Shown: positions 62,892 to 64,000 of the stretch, one piece after another
Layout of the letters: each line of letters starts with the position of its first letter
Numbering within the stretch: position 1 is the first letter of the stretch
NCBI RefSeq assembly: GCF_018977255.1
Contig: NW_024704743.1
Coordinates: 13,704,001 to 13,768,000 of the forward strand
Reading direction: 5' to 3'
DNA: 64,000 bases
From: Callorhinchus milii
Taxonomy: Eukaryota
The notes under the pieces: generated by a model
Databases searched by the model: none
Seen by the model: only the letters and a program-made list of their open reading frames with translations
What the model was told of the DNA's origin: nothing
Translations under genes and position numbers: made by a program

Positions 62892-63211
62892 GTGGAGTCC
62901 TGTAGCTCAGTGGTTAGAGCACTCGCTTTGCAAGCGAGAGACCTGAGTTCAATTCCAGGCAGAGGGCGAAACCTTGGGCAAGTTTCCTTACTCCACACGC
63001 CTAATAATAATCCCTCCAAAACCCAAAACAATAATAAATTGGTCATTTTCAATCTACGACTGTTTGTGGGACATTGCTGTGCGCAATTGGCTGCCGCGTT
63101 TGCCCACAAATATACAGTCAATTCACTTTACAGTGTGTTCTGTGAAGCGCTTTGGGACGTCCTCCCGACGTGAAAAGCGCTATATCAAATACAAGGATTA
63201 TTATTATTATT
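62892..63211 (+). mobile_element. tRNA-derived SINE family A, short subfamily (complete copy)
   Basis: tRNA(Ala)-like head with A box TAGCTCAGTGG, ttTGCaa loop and B box GAGTTCAATTCC; L2-like 3' stem-loop; (TTA)n tail. Confidence 0.9.
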
Positions 63212-63778
63212 ATATTATTATTACCTATCATATTGGGAGGATGCCACAAAGCACAGGATCTTACTGTAAAATGGTAAATTGTAGCTAACTTTTTTTAAAA
63301 GCAATTGACAGTCTAGTAAAATCCACTGTATAAATCACATGCTCAGTGAAGAGTTTTACAGCCTGTGATGTTCAATGTTCTGTGCTCAGTGTAAAATCTA
63401 GAGTAGAAACTTTACATCAACGCAGTCTGTGCTGGGAGTGGAATTTACCACTAATCTACTGTTGTACAGGTACACTGAACAAATTTCCAGGAACATTATG
63501 ATTTTGCTTGTCCCATTATCATGTACCGTGGCCACGAACCAACCTTGCAATTGCTGTTCACACTCAAGTTGGTGATGGCATAATAGACAAAACACAAAAT
63601 AAACTGAAATAATTGAAAACAGTACGTAATAAACAACAATTTAGGCTCCAGGGTAGGATTTCAACACACTCATTTAGGTTCAGATCCCTCAGTTCAATAA
63701 CTGCTTCACAACTCCTTTCGGGACAAGTGGTGTTGTGCCCCACAAGCCATTAATAATGGGGAAATCGCATCACAAGAT

Positions 63779-64000
63779 CAACAACAACAACAAGATTCCA
63801 TTTATAGAGTGCCTTTCACGTCGGGAGGACGGCCCAAGGCGCTGTACAGTTGGGTCAGGACCCGAGCATGGAGGAAATGGTCAGGGTGAGGGGAGGGAAG
63901 GGAGGGAGGGAGCGAGGAGGGGGGAAATGGTCAGGGTGAGGGGAGGGAAGGGAGGGAGCGAGGAGGGGATAGAGAGTCGAGAGGGGAGCTGAAGGCACGG
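63779..64000 (-). mobile_element. Young L2 3' end, same subfamily as the full-length copy (runs off window)
   Basis: Reverse complement is near-identical to 56190-56412, including the tandem 3' UTR repeat and (TTG)n tail. Confidence 0.9.

Noticed and set aside
62892..62965. tRNA-Ala(TGC)-like gene
   Set aside because: No proper acceptor stem or Pol III terminator; it is the head of a multi-copy SINE.
63398..63595. Possible next upstream ITGA9 exon (contains QLQG)
   Set aside because: Lacks the expected genu cysteine pattern (F..NC..EDC.ADL) and matching splice phase; the true exon is probably beyond the window.

Overview
Vertebrate nuclear DNA, most likely from a cartilaginous fish (inferred from the CR1/L2 LINE and tRNA/Deu-type SINE landscape). 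The window holds the 3' part of an integrin alpha-9 (ITGA9) gene on the minus strand. Its 11 coding exons have GT-AG borders and consistent phases (62627 down to the TGA at 716) and encode about 394 aa: thigh/calf domains, transmembrane helix and GFFRR tail. The introns are dense with retroelements. They include one apparently intact single-ORF L2-clade LINE (52690-56412; endonuclease + reverse transcriptase, 5-bp TSD, (TTG)n tail), many L2 and CR1 fragments, and two SINE families that share the L2 3' stem-loop. There is also an unnamed ~550-700-bp dispersed non-coding repeat (8 copies) and several palindromic elements. The best leads are the LINE 5' leader (mini-uORF with a TAATG stop-start in frame with the RT ORF, plus a candidate 59-nt intron), the covarying LINE/SINE tail hairpin, a degenerate twister-like topology in the unnamed repeat, and a perfect 33-bp inverted repeat built from a SINE tail. 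Repeat boundaries were read by eye and are approximate.
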